DNA of 64,000 bases from Eledone cirrhosa (Eukaryota): positions 86,056,001-86,120,000 of the forward strand of contig OZ024742.1 in assembly GCA_964016885.1 (NCBI GenBank), read 5' to 3'. Position numbers and translations under genes: made by a program. Positions 42,537 through 55,515 of the stretch are shown here, in pieces (the stretch's first letter is position 1; every line of letters begins with the position of its first letter). The notes beneath the pieces are model-generated. The model did not search any database. It was not told the DNA's origin and worked only from the letters and a program-made list of their open reading frames with translations.

Positions 42537-42801
42537 TATAAAGAATTAAAAGAACAGAAAGATGCAGTAAAAGAGATGTATTCGGTTCTTACGTACGTTT
42601 CAATAGACATCTATTTGCCTAGATCTCGCTACATCTATAATAATCTCTGATGATATGGGATCGATTGTGCATTGGATATCGAATGCTCTACTAAATATAT
42701 AATATTATAGATGTAGCGAGATCTAGGCAAATATATGTCTATTGAAACGTACGTAAGAACCGAATAAATCTCTTTTACGCCATCTTTCTGTTCTTTTAAT
42801 T

Positions 42802-42809
<8 letters not shown>
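42537..42809. repeat. Head-to-head inverted repeat (~105-bp arms) containing an HHR candidate at 42644-42758 (+)
   Basis: Arms 42537-42643 and 42703-42809. tct-CTGATGA-t-atggg..tctat-t-GAAA-cgtacg-TA-aga. Confidence 0.75.
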
Positions 42810-42876
<67 letters not shown>

Positions 42877-42914
42877 CTGTTAAAACGATCACATATTAGT
42901 TTAGAACATTTACT

Positions 42915-42961
42915 TGCTGACAATTGTTTCTTCCAGAGGTAAATCTTGGTTAATCGGAGCA
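42915..42961 (-). ncRNA. Decayed or variant HHR (CCGA core)
   Basis: tgct-CCGATTA-accaag..ctgg-aa-GAAA-caatt-GTC-agca. Confidence 0.45.
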
Positions 42962-43423
42962 TAAGGAATGTCGAAACATGTTACTAACATCCTAGTCATT
43001 TAGAACATTTAGGGTACATAATTGTTATTAGTGTCAAAGGCATCATGTGGAGAGTCAGGAGTTAAAAAGTATTCTGCTTGAAAGAACACAATTAAAGGCA
43101 GCACTGGTTGGAAATGTAGTAGATATAAGTAAATAGTAAAAGCAAAAAAATCACAAGCTAAAGAAAAACAGGGAAAAAGGTTATATGCAAGGAAAATTGG
43201 TGTACAATGCAGGAGTCAATACAGTCAATCAGGCATGTATGAGGAAAGTGTTATAATGCAGTTGAAATAAACATATTTTGTGTGGGGTGTTAGAGCATGT
43301 TATAATTGTTATGAATGTTTAAGATTCTGTGCAATTTGTTAGAAAGGCATGTGGTGATAATGTAGGTATTTGTTATGTAAGTGGTAATGCAAAGCACGTC
43401 ATAGAGTTGGATATGTGATTTAT

Positions 43424-43500
<77 letters not shown>

Positions 43501-43501
43501 C

Positions 43502-43716
43502 ATAATTAAAAACGTGGAAAATAACATGGTCAACAGTACAAAAAAGGGGGTTTATTTGCAGTCTAACAATTGTTTCACTAATAGAGTTGTCTAAAATAAA
43601 AATTGCTTAGTATTCAGCAATTTTTAGACATCTCTATCAGTGAAACAATTGTTAGATTGCAAATAAATCCCCTTTTTTGTACTGTTGACCAAGTTATTCT
43701 CCACCTTTTCAATTAT
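43502..43716. repeat. Palindromic head-to-head pLTR-end pair
   Basis: Arms are reverse complements. Same family as 43942-44316. Confidence 0.85.
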
Positions 43717-43793
43717 ATTACACCATAATAAGAAGTATTCACAACCTCTAATTGGATTACCTATAACGATCTCTTGTTATCCTTTACACACAG

Positions 43794-43933
<140 letters not shown>

Positions 43934-43941
43934 GTATATAC

Positions 43942-44316
43942 ATAATTGAAAAAGTGGAGAATAACATAGTCAACAGTACAAAAAAGGGGATTTATTTGCA
44001 GTCTAACAATTGTTTCACTGATAGAGTTGTCTAAAATTTGCTGAACACTAAAATGGTGCCACTAAATTTTAAATACGATGTTAACTCTACTAGATTATCG
44101 GAAACTGATCAACACATTGTTTTGATCAGTTTCTGATGATCTAGTTGAGTTAACATCGTATTTAAAATTGAGTTAGCATCGTATTTAAAATTGAGTGACA
44201 CTGCTTTTTGTGTTCAGCAATTTTTAGACATCTCTATCAGTGAAACAATTGTTAGACTGCTAATAAATCCCCTTTTTCGTACTGTTGACCATGTTATTCT
44301 CCACCTTTTCAATTAT
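43942..44316. repeat. Palindromic head-to-head pair, each arm with a long-stem-II HHR
   Basis: Plus arm 44127-44259: cagttt-CTGATGA..GAAA-caattg-TT-agactg. Minus arm 43999-44107 has a decayed core (CCGATAA). Confidence 0.8.
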
Positions 44317-44625
44317 ATTACTCCAAGATAAACATACATAGGAATACAAGTGAAATCATGAACTCGTCATCTACGTAAACCTCTTGTTCTGTCACGCAAC
44401 GCCGTACGCTAAAGCTAAAGCTATCCATAATAAGAAGTATTCACAAACTCTAATTGGATTACCTATAACGATTTTTTGTTGTCCTTTATATGTATATACA
44501 TATTCTGCTTCTACTACGGTCTGGTTCATGCATAGGTTAAATTTACGGCCCCATTGGATCCTGTGCAAGCTGGCATATGGCAATATACTTTGCCGTTCCT
44601 GGGACTTTGTCCTAGGTAAGGAAAA

Positions 44626-44708
44626 TGCTCTCTGATGATCTGAACATTCACGTTGGAAATCCCTAGGGATCTCCAATCTTTTGTGACGTTAAACCGTCGG
44701 TAAAAGCA
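44626..44708 (+). ncRNA. Decayed HHR related to 44910-44990
   Basis: tgctct-CTGATGA-...ttggaaatccctagggatctccaa...-TAAA-ccgtcgg-TA-aaagca. Confidence 0.5.
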
Positions 44709-44785
44709 AATGGAATAGGTAAATATTAAAATTATATTTTTTGATTTATTTAAAAATATTGTTTGAATCTTGCTTGTTCCGCTTA

Positions 44786-44839
<54 letters not shown>

Positions 44840-44909
44840 CTGAGCAAGCGGTTATCAAACAATTCTCTAAATAAATTAAAAAACGATTTAAATAATCACC
44901 TGTTCTATC

Positions 44910-44990
44910 GCTGTTACCGACGGTTTCATCATTCCAAAAGATTGGTAATCCAGAGAATTTCCAATGGAAAGAAATGAATCTTCAGACAGC
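44910..44990 (-). ncRNA. Hammerhead ribozyme (long stem II) within ORF-less insert 44833-45305
   Basis: gctgt-CTGAAGA-t-tcatt...aatga-t-GAAA-ccgtcgg-TA-acagc. Confidence 0.82.
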
Positions 44991-45297
44991 TTATTTCCAC
45001 ACTATAAGGTTGCCAGGCCTATAGTAAGTAAATATTTCGCTTCCTGCCCAATACCAGCGGACAGGCCGCTAAAATGACACACACGCAAAATCAGGTCGCA
45101 GATAATAGCTGTTTATTATAAACATGTTGATATTGCCACTAAAATTAGCAGCATTATTCAACGTTTTGTTTGATAACCGCTTGCTCAGGTATTTTTATAT
45201 TGTTCTGGTATCTCAAATTAGTACCATTGAACCACAAATATTATAAACACCTTGCATATTTCTACAAGTACATAGTGCCTGTTGAAGTATTCATCTA

Positions 45298-45350
<53 letters not shown>

Positions 45351-45360
45351 CTGTGTGTAT

Positions 45361-47190
45361 AGGCCATGTCTAACGTAATAGCACCACCTGGCGAAGTCTT
45401 ACATATCAGTGTTTTTGCACCATGGCACACTCGAGCAGACAGCTATTGTTTACGGAGGCATATCCGGGTTTAGGAGGCTTATCCGGGATTTCTTGAAGGA
45501 ATTTATCGAAAGACTTCTTAAACTTGATGGGATCTGTTTCTGCTTTGATGTGTTTTGGTGTAATGTTAAAGAGAGCAGGGCCAATTGAGTTGAAATAATT
45601 GTGCCGTATTGTTGTTATGAGATGCGAGTGAGATTTTTATCGTGGGCGGATAGGACGCGGTCGAAGCCTTGAGTGTACATTAAAGGTGATGCCAACATCA
45701 TTTGGGCAAAGCTGATGGAATATTTTCCACATCATGCAGATAATGTAGCGCTTACGGCGACGTTGGAGATAATAATGGTTGAGCTTTTCTAAACGACTCC
45801 AATAGTCAAGGCCTGTCATGCAATATATATTTTTTGTAATTGATATTTGGGGTGCTTCAACTTTCATGATACTTTATTTCGTGCGGGGAGACCACAGTCG
45901 ATAACAGTATTCAAGGTGGGGTCGGGAAAAAATGGAGAAGAGAAGGATAACGGAGTGGATATCTCTCGACTGGAATGTTCTGTGGATCCAGGAACACATC
46001 TGCGGGCCACATCAACTTTGCTGTTTGTATGAGTGGCCCAGCTTATGTTGTTTTCCACAATTACTCCCAGATCTTTGATGTTATTGGATGCCACTAGAGT
46101 TTCACCGGTAGGAAGAGAGTATGGTAGTTTCAGGGCATCCTTTTTTCCAAAGTGGATTAATTCAAACTTAACCTCATTCAACAGCATATTATTCTTTTTT
46201 GCCCATTCGATAACAGCCAGTAGGTCTGACTGAAGACATGTCCGGTCACCCACATCATTGATGACTCTTTGGAGCTTGTAATCATCTGCGAAGATTGTTA
46301 TGTTGCTGTGGTTGATGATGTCAGAAATGTCATTAATGTAAATGATAAAAAGAAGTGGGTCCAACAAATTGCCTTGCGGAACGCCACTGCTGACTTTGGT
46401 AGGGCTTGGTTTTACTCCTTCGACTACAACATGCTATGCTGGGTTTTGTCTGTCAGGAAACATTTGATCCACTGTAGTAACCTTCCTGAGACACCAACAT
46501 TGAATAGTTTTTTCAGTAAAATCTGAGGATCAACCCTGTCGAAGGCCTTGCTGAAATCAGGGCAGATGACATTAGTGTTGGAGCCCTCTACCAAGGCTCT
46601 CAAAACATCGTCAAAGTGATGCAGGAACTGCGTTAGGCAGTCCCTTCCATTACGGAACCCATGTTGGTGGGAGTTCAGCAGGACATGACTTTAAAAAAAG
46701 GGGTTATCCGTGATCTCACCACCCTTTCAAATACATTGATAATATGAGAGGTGAGTGAGATCGGACGGTAGTTTACTGCAAAGGACTTATTTCCCTTTTT
46801 GAAGACTGGGACAACGGACTGGGACAGAAAGTTTTCAGGAATATAGCCAGAGCCCAGTGAGTTCCTCCACAGATTAGCTAGAGGAGATGCATGTTGGTGT
46901 CGACACACTTTCCGGACACAAGCAGGGAACCTGCATGTCACTACTGCTGAATTTATGTTTAATTTCGTTTATTGCTGCTAAGACATCAGAGACGACAAAC
47001 GTTATGTCTGATATAGTGTGTTGGGGATTAACATCACTGATACAGCCCAGATCGGCCATATCGGGATTGTTGAAAACAGCGCAGTAATGTTTCTGCAGTA
47101 TCGCGCCCATGGTTTTGGCATTGTCTTGGAGTGTGCCATTTTCATCATGTAGAGGGCCAACCGTGGAGACAGTGACCTTGCGTTTTTTAG
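45361..47190 (-). mobile_element. Decayed CR1-group LINE (RT), paralogue of 60258-62416
   Basis: NYRPISLTSHI, PLLFIIYINDI, FADD, IKDLGV, LQRRRKRY. Several frameshifts. Confidence 0.9.
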
Positions 47191-47265
47191 CAAATCAAAA
47201 GAACACAGACTGCCAAGACAGGAATTGAACCATCAGCGCAGTTGAGGTATGTCATACATCAATTT

Positions 47266-47337
47266 ATATATTTTATCTGATGAGGCCGTACTGAGGAAAC
47301 AGCACAGTACCTCCGAAATATATATAATAAAATATAT
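47266..47337 (+). ncRNA. Hammerhead ribozyme in a solo pLTR (Hydra-like PLE relative)
   Basis: atatattttat-CTGATGA-gg..gtactg/cagtac..cc-GAAA-tatata-TA-ataaaatatat (11-bp stem I). Confidence 0.88.
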
Positions 47338-47495
47338 TTGATTACATGAATGTCTATATTTATTAATATTTTGAATTAATATTAATTACTCCAGAAAACC
47401 TCATTGTTGAGTGCTTCTAATCTATTGTAAAACTATATTCTTTGATTAATCAATGAACCCTGTTTAACTTTTGGTTATATACATATATATACATA

Positions 47496-47669
47496 CAGGG
47501 CAATACCAAAAGTAAGGTCTCTTTCCGATATTTCAACTTTTCCGTTACAATCCGGTGGATGTTGCTTCGGGAAACCTCAGGAACCAAAAGGCAGAGAGCA
47601 TCCAGAGTGATCCGCCGATCTTTACGCATGTTTTCCTCGGCAGGAGACCTTACTTTTGGGATTACACTC

Positions 47670-47670
<1 letters not shown>
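47496..47670. mobile_element. Tc1/mariner-type MITE
   Basis: TIRs c-agggcaataccaaaagtaaggtctc / gagaccttacttttgggattacactcg, flanked by TA. Confidence 0.75.
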
Positions 47671-47700
<30 letters not shown>

Positions 47701-47702
<2 letters not shown>

Positions 47703-48730
47703 AACCAGTAAGACCCCGACAGCTGAGCTCAAGCCGTTTCGACGGCTAATTCTGGACTAAATGAAAATTTATCCTGGTATTTAAATAGCCGATCTTCTCA
47801 AGGGGTAATTCCATATATGGTCAAAGTGATTGTCAAAAATCAGTAGTAATTCTGTGGTTGCAAATTAGTAGGGGAGATGGTGGCTAAACCTGCCAGTAGG
47901 AAAAGAGGGGAGGGGTGGAGTAGACCAAATCAAGCGTTGGTAGTGCCAGCTACAGCTGGGCATGAGGTCAAAGAAGATACAGGGGAGGGGGAGGGGGAGG
48001 AAGTCGGAACGGTAGGTAGAACAATGGGGGGTAGAAATATATAGGAAAGAAAAAATACTGAGAGTGAAGAAAAGCAAATAAGTGTAAAGAAAAAAGTAAA
48101 GTAAATTAAATTCTACGACCTAGGTCTCAGGCTATTGTTAGGCTAGAATAAAATAAAGAAAGAAAGAAAGAAGTAAAGAAAAAAATAAATAAAGAAATAA
48201 CGAAATAAGTAAAAGAACTAGGTGGGACGAATTAGGCAAGGACCCTTTTAAGAGGTATAAGTACGTAAATGATACGGTGACGGGTCAACAAAAGGGGCCA
48301 AAATACTAAAGAGACTACCACGAAATAAACAATAAAGGTTTCCATCCGGGGCCAGCAACGACCCAGTGCAGCAAAGTGAACTTGTACGAGATAATAATTC
48401 TGAGTCCCGCGAAAAATATATACTAATGCTAACTCTAAAAGATCTAAAACAAGCTACATGAAAGTTCGTACGAAATAAAGGTAGAATACGGAGAAATAAA
48501 TTCAGAATCCACCCCGCCCAGAAGAAAAGCGAAGCAAGAAATACTGAAACGAAAAAATAAGGCATAAGTGCCACTAAGAAATATAGAGGGCACAGAGAAT
48601 AGTGGGAGCGGTCGGAAAAAGGGGGCAAGTATCCGGGGTCTAAGCCAACTGCTATAAAGGGCGGAGTCCGCCAAATCTATCATAGACTAGGGGAGGGGGT
48701 GGTGGGGGTATTAGACCCCGGATACTTGCT
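47701..48730 (-). mobile_element. ORF-less repeat (PLE 3' UTR/pLTR-like) ending in a U3-A8 HHR
   Basis: Second copy at 21322-22010. Terminates in (TA)n 12 nt after stem I. Confidence 0.8.
47713..47806 (-). ncRNA. Hammerhead ribozyme, U3-A8 core variant
   Basis: acccc-TTGAGAA-ga(t)cggcta...tagccgtc-GAAA-cggct-tgagctc-agctg-TC-ggggt. Confidence 0.82.
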
Positions 48731-49263
48731 TAAGACCGAAACGTCGTTCCCCACCACCACCCCACTCTCCAGAGCGTGAAATTAATAAACATTCGTTGTA
48801 CTGCCTCTCTGTTTTGTTCCTGTTCAAATTTTTCCATTATATATAATACACGCTCACACGGCTTCCATTCCTTTGGAACATAACTTAACCACCGGCTCAA
48901 CCCCGATCTAATCCGCCTTGACCGTTCTCCGAACTTTACACACCTTCCCACACTTGGGCTTTCCTTCCACGTATTACCTTTGTTTGATTTTGTTACTGTA
49001 CTTGTTTATTTCCGTATATGATTCTTTGCCTGTGTTCTTACAATTTTATTTCTATTATTTTTTGTTCACGATTGCCTGTGATTTTACCTTTATGATTTTT
49101 TGTCTTTAATTTTCCTGTGTATACTCCCCCCTCCTTACGTTTTTCTGTTTCATTTTCCCTTCCCCGTCTCTGCCTATCCTTCCCACTCACTCCTTCGTTC
49201 ACTCCACCCCGCTTCACACCCCTGCTTTCTCATCCCTCCCCTTGCTTTCACCCAACGCCCACC

Positions 49264-52048
49264 ATGCCCAGCCTGAGATCCTTTCTCCACCGACTACATA
49301 ATCGCCTCAAACTTTTCCACACCCCCCTCCCCCCACCCTGCTATCTCCCCTCTGCCCTTCAACTCTCCTACCTTCTCTTCGCTAAAACCCGGCACTCCAG
49401 CCACATCCATTTCCTCAGCCACTGCCTCCGCCTCCACCTTATCCCCCTCGGCTTCCGTCTACACTTCCACCCTTCCCCCGCCGCTTCCCCCTCCACGCAA
49501 CGTATCTTCACCCGATCCTCACGCCTCCTGATGCGCAACTCCATCCGCGCCTCCCGTTCTACCCTCCGCCAACTTGACCACCAACTGACCCCCACCCTCC
49601 TCCGCCTTAACTCCACCTGCCACCCCCTTCTCGCCCAAGCCATCCTCTCCTTCATCCAAAACCTCAACCACAACCTCTTCTCCTTCCTCAGCTCCACCAA
49701 AGCCCGCAAGATACACTCACTCCTCCCAACCGCCCCCATCCACCACCACCCTCCCATCCCCATACTCCCACCACTCTCCCTCGACCCACACCCCTACCCA
49801 ATCTCCACCCTCCACCTCACCCCTCACCACACCCTCCCTTCCCCCCACACACCCAAACCCCACCACCTGTTGTCACCATACCCCCTGACCTCCCCCTCTC
49901 CGCACCTGAGCGCTTACTCCTTAGTAGAGGCCTTCGCTTCATACCCCACACTCCGCACAGCGAAGAGTTCCGCACCCGAACGGAAGTCGAGCGATTCGTT
50001 CGACGCACGAAGCTACAGGCACATTTCGGCCGAACGCCACCGGCTCCGGACGCCCCAGACCCGTTTCTCGCCCTGGGCCGACGACCATCTTCTTGGACGC
50101 CGGCCCCAGGGCAATTTAGCACCCTGGACGCGTTCGTCGATGCCAGCCGAAGCGCAGTAAATCGTTTCGACTTCCGCCACCGTTCCAAACGGTACAATAT
50201 CTCACGGGGCGTACTCCTCGCTCTCCGCTCCTTCCGTAGCCGAGATGACATCGTCATCAAACCGGCGGACAAGGGAGGCGCCGTGGTGGTGTGGCGCGCG
50301 GACCTCTACACGGCCGAAGCCCTCAGGCAGCTCTGTAACCCCCTCTCTACCGCCCTCTACCCTCCGATCCCACTCCCCTCTACCAACAACAAGTCCCCTC
50401 CACCATCCAAGACCTTATCGCCTCCTCCCTCCTCCCCCACCACTTCCCACCTCATCGTCCGAACCCCCACACCCCCACCATCTACTTCCTCCCCAAACTC
50501 CACAAACCCGACAACACCGGCCGCCCCAACGTCTCCGCTTGCAACTGCCCCACCGAACTCATCTCCATCCTCGCCCCCCTTGTCACCACCCTCCCCTACC
50601 ACATCTCCGACACCAACCACGCCCTGCGCCTTTTCGACTCCTTCACCTACCCACCCGGCCACAGCCCTTCCTCTTCACCCTAGATATCAAGTCCCTCTAT
50701 ACCGTCATCCCCCACGCCGACGGCCTACGCGCCCTCAAACACTACCTCGACCTTCGCCCCTCCCCCATTCCCTCCACCCCCACCCTCCTTCGCCTCGCCG
50801 AGCTGGTCCTCACCCTCAATTGTTTCTCCTTCTCGGGTGAGTTTTACCAACAGTTCACGGGGATAGCCATGGGTACAATAATGGGCCCGAACTATGCCAA
50901 CCTTTTTGTTGGCCATGTTGAGGCCCAAATCTTTGCCCAGTACACCGGCCCCACGCCCGAACTGTACGGTCGTTACATTGACGACTGTATCGGAGCCACG
51001 ACCCTCACCCGAGAACAGCTCGACTCCTTTCTCTCCTACTTCTGCTCCTTCCACCCCTCTTTTCACTTCACCACCTATATCTCCACCACCCACGTCAACT
51101 TCTTAGACATCTCCGTCGCCTTCGACCCCTCCCACCACTCCCTCGTCACCTCCGCCTTCTTAAAACCCACCGACTCCCACTCTTACCTCGACTTCACCTC
51201 TTTCCACCCCATCCACACTAAACACTCCATTCCCTACTCCCAACTCCTCAGGATCCGCCGCCTCTGTAGCCGAGATGCTGACTTCGAGTCCCAGGCCCTT
51301 TCCCTAGTCAGCCATTTCATCCGCAGAGGTTACCCCCCCCCCCCCCTATCGTCGACATCGCTCTCACCCGCGCCCGTGCTGTCCACCGCTCCACCACCCT
51401 CACCCCACTCCACCGCACACACACCCACCGTCTTCCCTTCCCATCACCTACCACCCCTCCACCTTACCCCTCCACCGCACCATCCGCCGCCTCTTCTGAT
51501 GCCTCCAGTGCGGCCCCTCCACCTCCCACATCTTCCCAACCCCACCGCTCCCCTCCTTCAAACGCGCACGCAATCTCCGCACCCTCCTCGTCCACAGCTC
51601 CCTACCCCCAAACCACGCACTCCCCTCCCCCGGTTTCTTTCCCTGTTCTAGGCCCCGCTGCAACACCTGTCCCCACAGCACCAACACCACAACCTTCCAG
51701 GTTCCCAACGGCCACTCTCTCTCTGTCCGGCATGCCTTCCGCTGCACCTCCTCCAACCTAGTCTACGGACTTCGCTTCACGGAGTGCAGCGCGACTTATG
51801 TCAGACAGACGGGACGTCGCCTGGTGGACCGGGTCACTGAGCACCTCCGGGATATTCGTCTCGGTGGTAGTTCCCCCATCGCCCGCCACTTTGGTGCCCC
51901 TGGACATTCCGCACGCCATCTCACAGTCTGTGGCCTACTCCAATGCCACGGAACACCCGCCAATCTCCTTAGAGTCGAACAAAGAACTATCTTCATCCTA
52001 CAGACCCACACTCCCCCCGGCCTGAACTCCCCACCCTTATTCCTTTAG
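49264..52048 (+). pseudogene. Neptune-like PLE RT-GIY-YIG, frameshifted
   Basis: SHIHFLSHC, IKPADKGGAVVVW, LFTLDIKSLYTVIPH, AMGTIMGPNYANLF, RYIDD, NFLDI, KPTDSHSYL, CSRPRCNTC knuckle, EHLRDI..ARHF, PPGLN. Confidence 0.9.
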
Positions 52049-53205
52049 CCTTCGACCGCCCCGCTCCCCCTACACATATCCCCCACTAACACCACTAAAA
52101 CCCCCCTCCTTTTCACTGCCCACCCCACAACTAACAATACTAACACCTCCACTCCACCCCTCATCCGACCACCCTTCCCCAACTAACATACTAACATCCC
52201 TCCCTTCTCCCCACCCCTCCTTATCACACGCACACACCCACCGGCAGATATATACACGCGCTCACACTAAACACTCACCCTACTACCACCAATAACCCTC
52301 ACCCCCACACCTCCATCCCACCACCCCGCAACTAACCTCACTAACACCCCCTGACCCCAAGCACACGAACACACGCACCCACTTACACGACCCACCCCAC
52401 ACGCAACTAACATCAGTAACAGCCTCCAAACTAACGCACAAGTACCCACACACCCTCGTACACCACCAACTCTAAACACCCTACCACTACTAACCCCCAC
52501 TCACACCTGCATTCACCCCTTCCCCACCTCCCGTATACTAACACCCACTAACACCCCCTTCATCAAACTACACACACACCAGTAGACCACACTCCCTCCA
52601 TATAACTACACACACCCTTCTCTCCACGCTCCACCCACACCCTCGCTCCACACTCACTCATCCCACTAACACCTCTACTAATACACACACACCCCCTCCT
52701 CACTCCAACTTTCACACCTACCCATCCTCGCCCCTTTACCATTCCACCCGACTGCTGCTATGCCCTCTGACCACCTCCCAGCACAAACAGACACACAGCA
52801 CTCCCACCGCTTGACCACTTCCTGTTGCGCGCGCACCCCACATCTCTCCTCTTCCGACCATCTCTTCATGGAATACTCGTATGTGGAACTTGACCACCAC
52901 GGAATCTACTAACATCATAGGAATTTACCAACATTTCAACCATCCTATTACGGAATCACCTATATAACTCACCCACACACACACCCCAAACAATTGTTTT
53001 TCTCCCACACGCCACCAACACCCACAACACGCTTAAACCCCACACACACGTGCTTTCCACCACATATTTACACCCTCAGCCTCCTGATTCCTCTCCCCCC
53101 ATCCCTCTATCCACACACGCACATACACTCCGACCTACAACCCCCCCCCCCCACACACACACACCTCTTCCTGAACATGCGACCCCGTTCTTCCCCCAAC
53201 CCTTA

Positions 53206-53268
<63 letters not shown>

Positions 53269-53566
53269 ACACCTACACACACACACCACCTTCATCCCTC
53301 CCCGCTCTGACACCCCGTCTCCCTCTCCCCACTCCACCTGCCACCACTCCTACACACCCCACACCCTTCCACCACCTGTTTTACCCCTTTTTAATTTCAG
53401 TTTATTTTGATCATGCTTTTATATTTATTTTTATTTCATTCCTTTTATTTTGATCATGCTTTATTTTTATTTTTATTTTTAATTTCATTCGCACCGTTTC
53501 CTTTCGCTATATGTCTCTCCACCACTCCCCTGCACACCCTTTGAACTCTGTTCCCACACACTTCTC

Positions 53567-53598
53567 ACCTGAGGAAGGGCTTATGCCCGAAACGTCGT
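53567..53598 (+). ncRNA. Ultra-minimal HHR in the Neptune 3' pLTR
   Basis: ac-CTGAGGA-a-gggc-ttat-gccc-GAAA-c-GTC-gt. Stem I is only 2 bp. Confidence 0.55.
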
Positions 53599-53686
53599 TC
53601 CCCACCACCACCCCACTCTCCAGAGCATGAAATTAATAAACATTCGTTGTACTGCCTCTCTGTTTTGTTCCTGTTCATATTTTTCC

Positions 53687-53732
<46 letters not shown>

Positions 53733-54513
53733 TAGGCTTGGCTGTGTACCTGTCTACGCGCGTGTATATGTATATGTATGTATGTGTGTATGTATATATA
53801 TATAGCTGTGTATATATGTGTATAAATATATATATATACATATATGTGTATATATGTATATGTGTGGGTCCGTGTATGTGTACATGTATGCGTATATCTG
53901 TGTATGCATGTACCTATATATGAGGGTGTGATATATATATGTGAATATATGCATGTGTACGCGTATGGGAAACGCGTGTGAGCGCACGCGTGGTTGTGTG
54001 TGTGTGCATGTCCGCACAGATACGGGTGTGATCGGGAGGCCCTAATGCCTGTGTGAAAGCACACGTGTATGTGGGTGCGTGTGTATCGGGCCGCGGGTAA
54101 ACTAGGGACAGACAAGGCATATCAGAGCACCATGCCCACGTAGCAGTAATTCTGGCGAATGACAGTAAGTAAGGTGAGTGACAGCTCACGCCCGAATGGA
54201 AAAGTTCAGTGGGCAGTTTTGAATGGTCAAACACACAGATGACATCTCGAACTCTTGACCAATCTATGGCCAGCGCAAACAGAATGATTGCAGTTGAACG
54301 TAATTCAAAGCGATGGAATGCAACCGACAAAGGATTTGCTTTGAAGTGGCTCGACGTATTTGAGGAAATTGCGAATCCAGAGTCAGGTTCGATCGACAAG
54401 TAGATCTCACCTCGGACTATCCACCGGAGAAGAAACATGTGAGGAATTGTAATACGCTAACAAATTGTGTTTCGATACATCACTGATTCTTCGTTTTCCA
54501 TATATATATATAA

Positions 54514-54563
<50 letters not shown>

Positions 54564-54565
<2 letters not shown>

Positions 54566-54750
54566 CTGTTTCTACTTTAGGCACAAGGCCAGCAATTACC
54601 CAGTGCATTACTGGTACTTTATTTTATCGACCCTGTAAGAATGAAAGGCAAAGTCAACCTCGGCAGGATTTTAACTCAGATCGTAAAGGGACGTAACTAT
54701 GCTGGAAAGCATGGCGTCCGACCCTCTACCGATACTGCCAATACACCGCC
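54564..54750 (-). mobile_element. tRNA-derived SINE in (TA)n
   Basis: Same family as 27861-28248. Confidence 0.8.
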
Positions 54751-54770
54751 CTTATATATATATATATATA

Positions 54771-55100
54771 ACGGCGACGAATTAGTTTTGCGAGGTTTTT
54801 AATATGAAATCGTGTGTCGAAACAAATATTGTTATACTTGGGGAGGGTCATATTTGTGTAATAATATTGCCAGAATTAATAACAGAACACAATCAATAGG
54901 GACAGACAAGGCAGATCAGAGCCCCTTGCCTACGTAGCAGTAATTCTGGCGAATGACAGTAAATAAGGTGACATTGGGGCCGAATAAATTAAATTAACTG
55001 ATATAAAGGACACAGAAGGGAAAACCAACCAAACAGTGAGTGTGTTCTGTTATTAATTCTGGCAATATTATTACACAAATATATCCCTCCCCAAGTATAT
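54771..55100. mobile_element. Head-to-head pLTR ends of the sister PLE family
   Basis: Inverted arms at about 54832-54889 and 55040-55100. The left arm read on the minus strand encodes [27 protein letters not shown]. Confidence 0.75.
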
Positions 55101-55194
55101 ATATATATATATATATAAGAATTGGTGCTCTGAAATAGCGATAAAATCTTCGAAATGCTTTTAATTAAGCATACAGCGTATTGCAAAAATACAC

Positions 55195-55253
<59 letters not shown>

Positions 55254-55515
55254 CAACTTACAATTGAAAACACACACAAAATGAAAACACACACAAGACA
55301 AAATGAAAACACACACACCCATAGAACAAACAACCAACCAACAATAAATAAATAAATAAACAAACAAATATAAATAGAAAAATAGAAAAATGAACACAAA
55401 CACACACAGACACCCGGATGTGGCGCATGCGCAAACTGAGCACGCAACCCACACACAAACAAAATGGCGTAGGATAGAATAAAGGAAAGGCACAGAAACG
55501 AAGAAAGACATCCCC

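Larger units (their letters stand above)
48736..53690 (+). mobile_element. Full-length C-rich Neptune-like PLE with direct pLTRs
   Basis: Direct repeats 48736-48845 and 53587-53690, central RT-GIY-YIG frames, 3' (TA)n. Confidence 0.9.

Noticed and set aside
54103-54970. 75-bp repeat (54103-54177 and 54898-54970) with cag-taatt-ctg-GCGAATG resembling the HDV ribozyme P4-J4/2
   Set aside because: P1, P3 and P1.1 could not be built convincingly. It is kept only as a pLTR-associated repeat.
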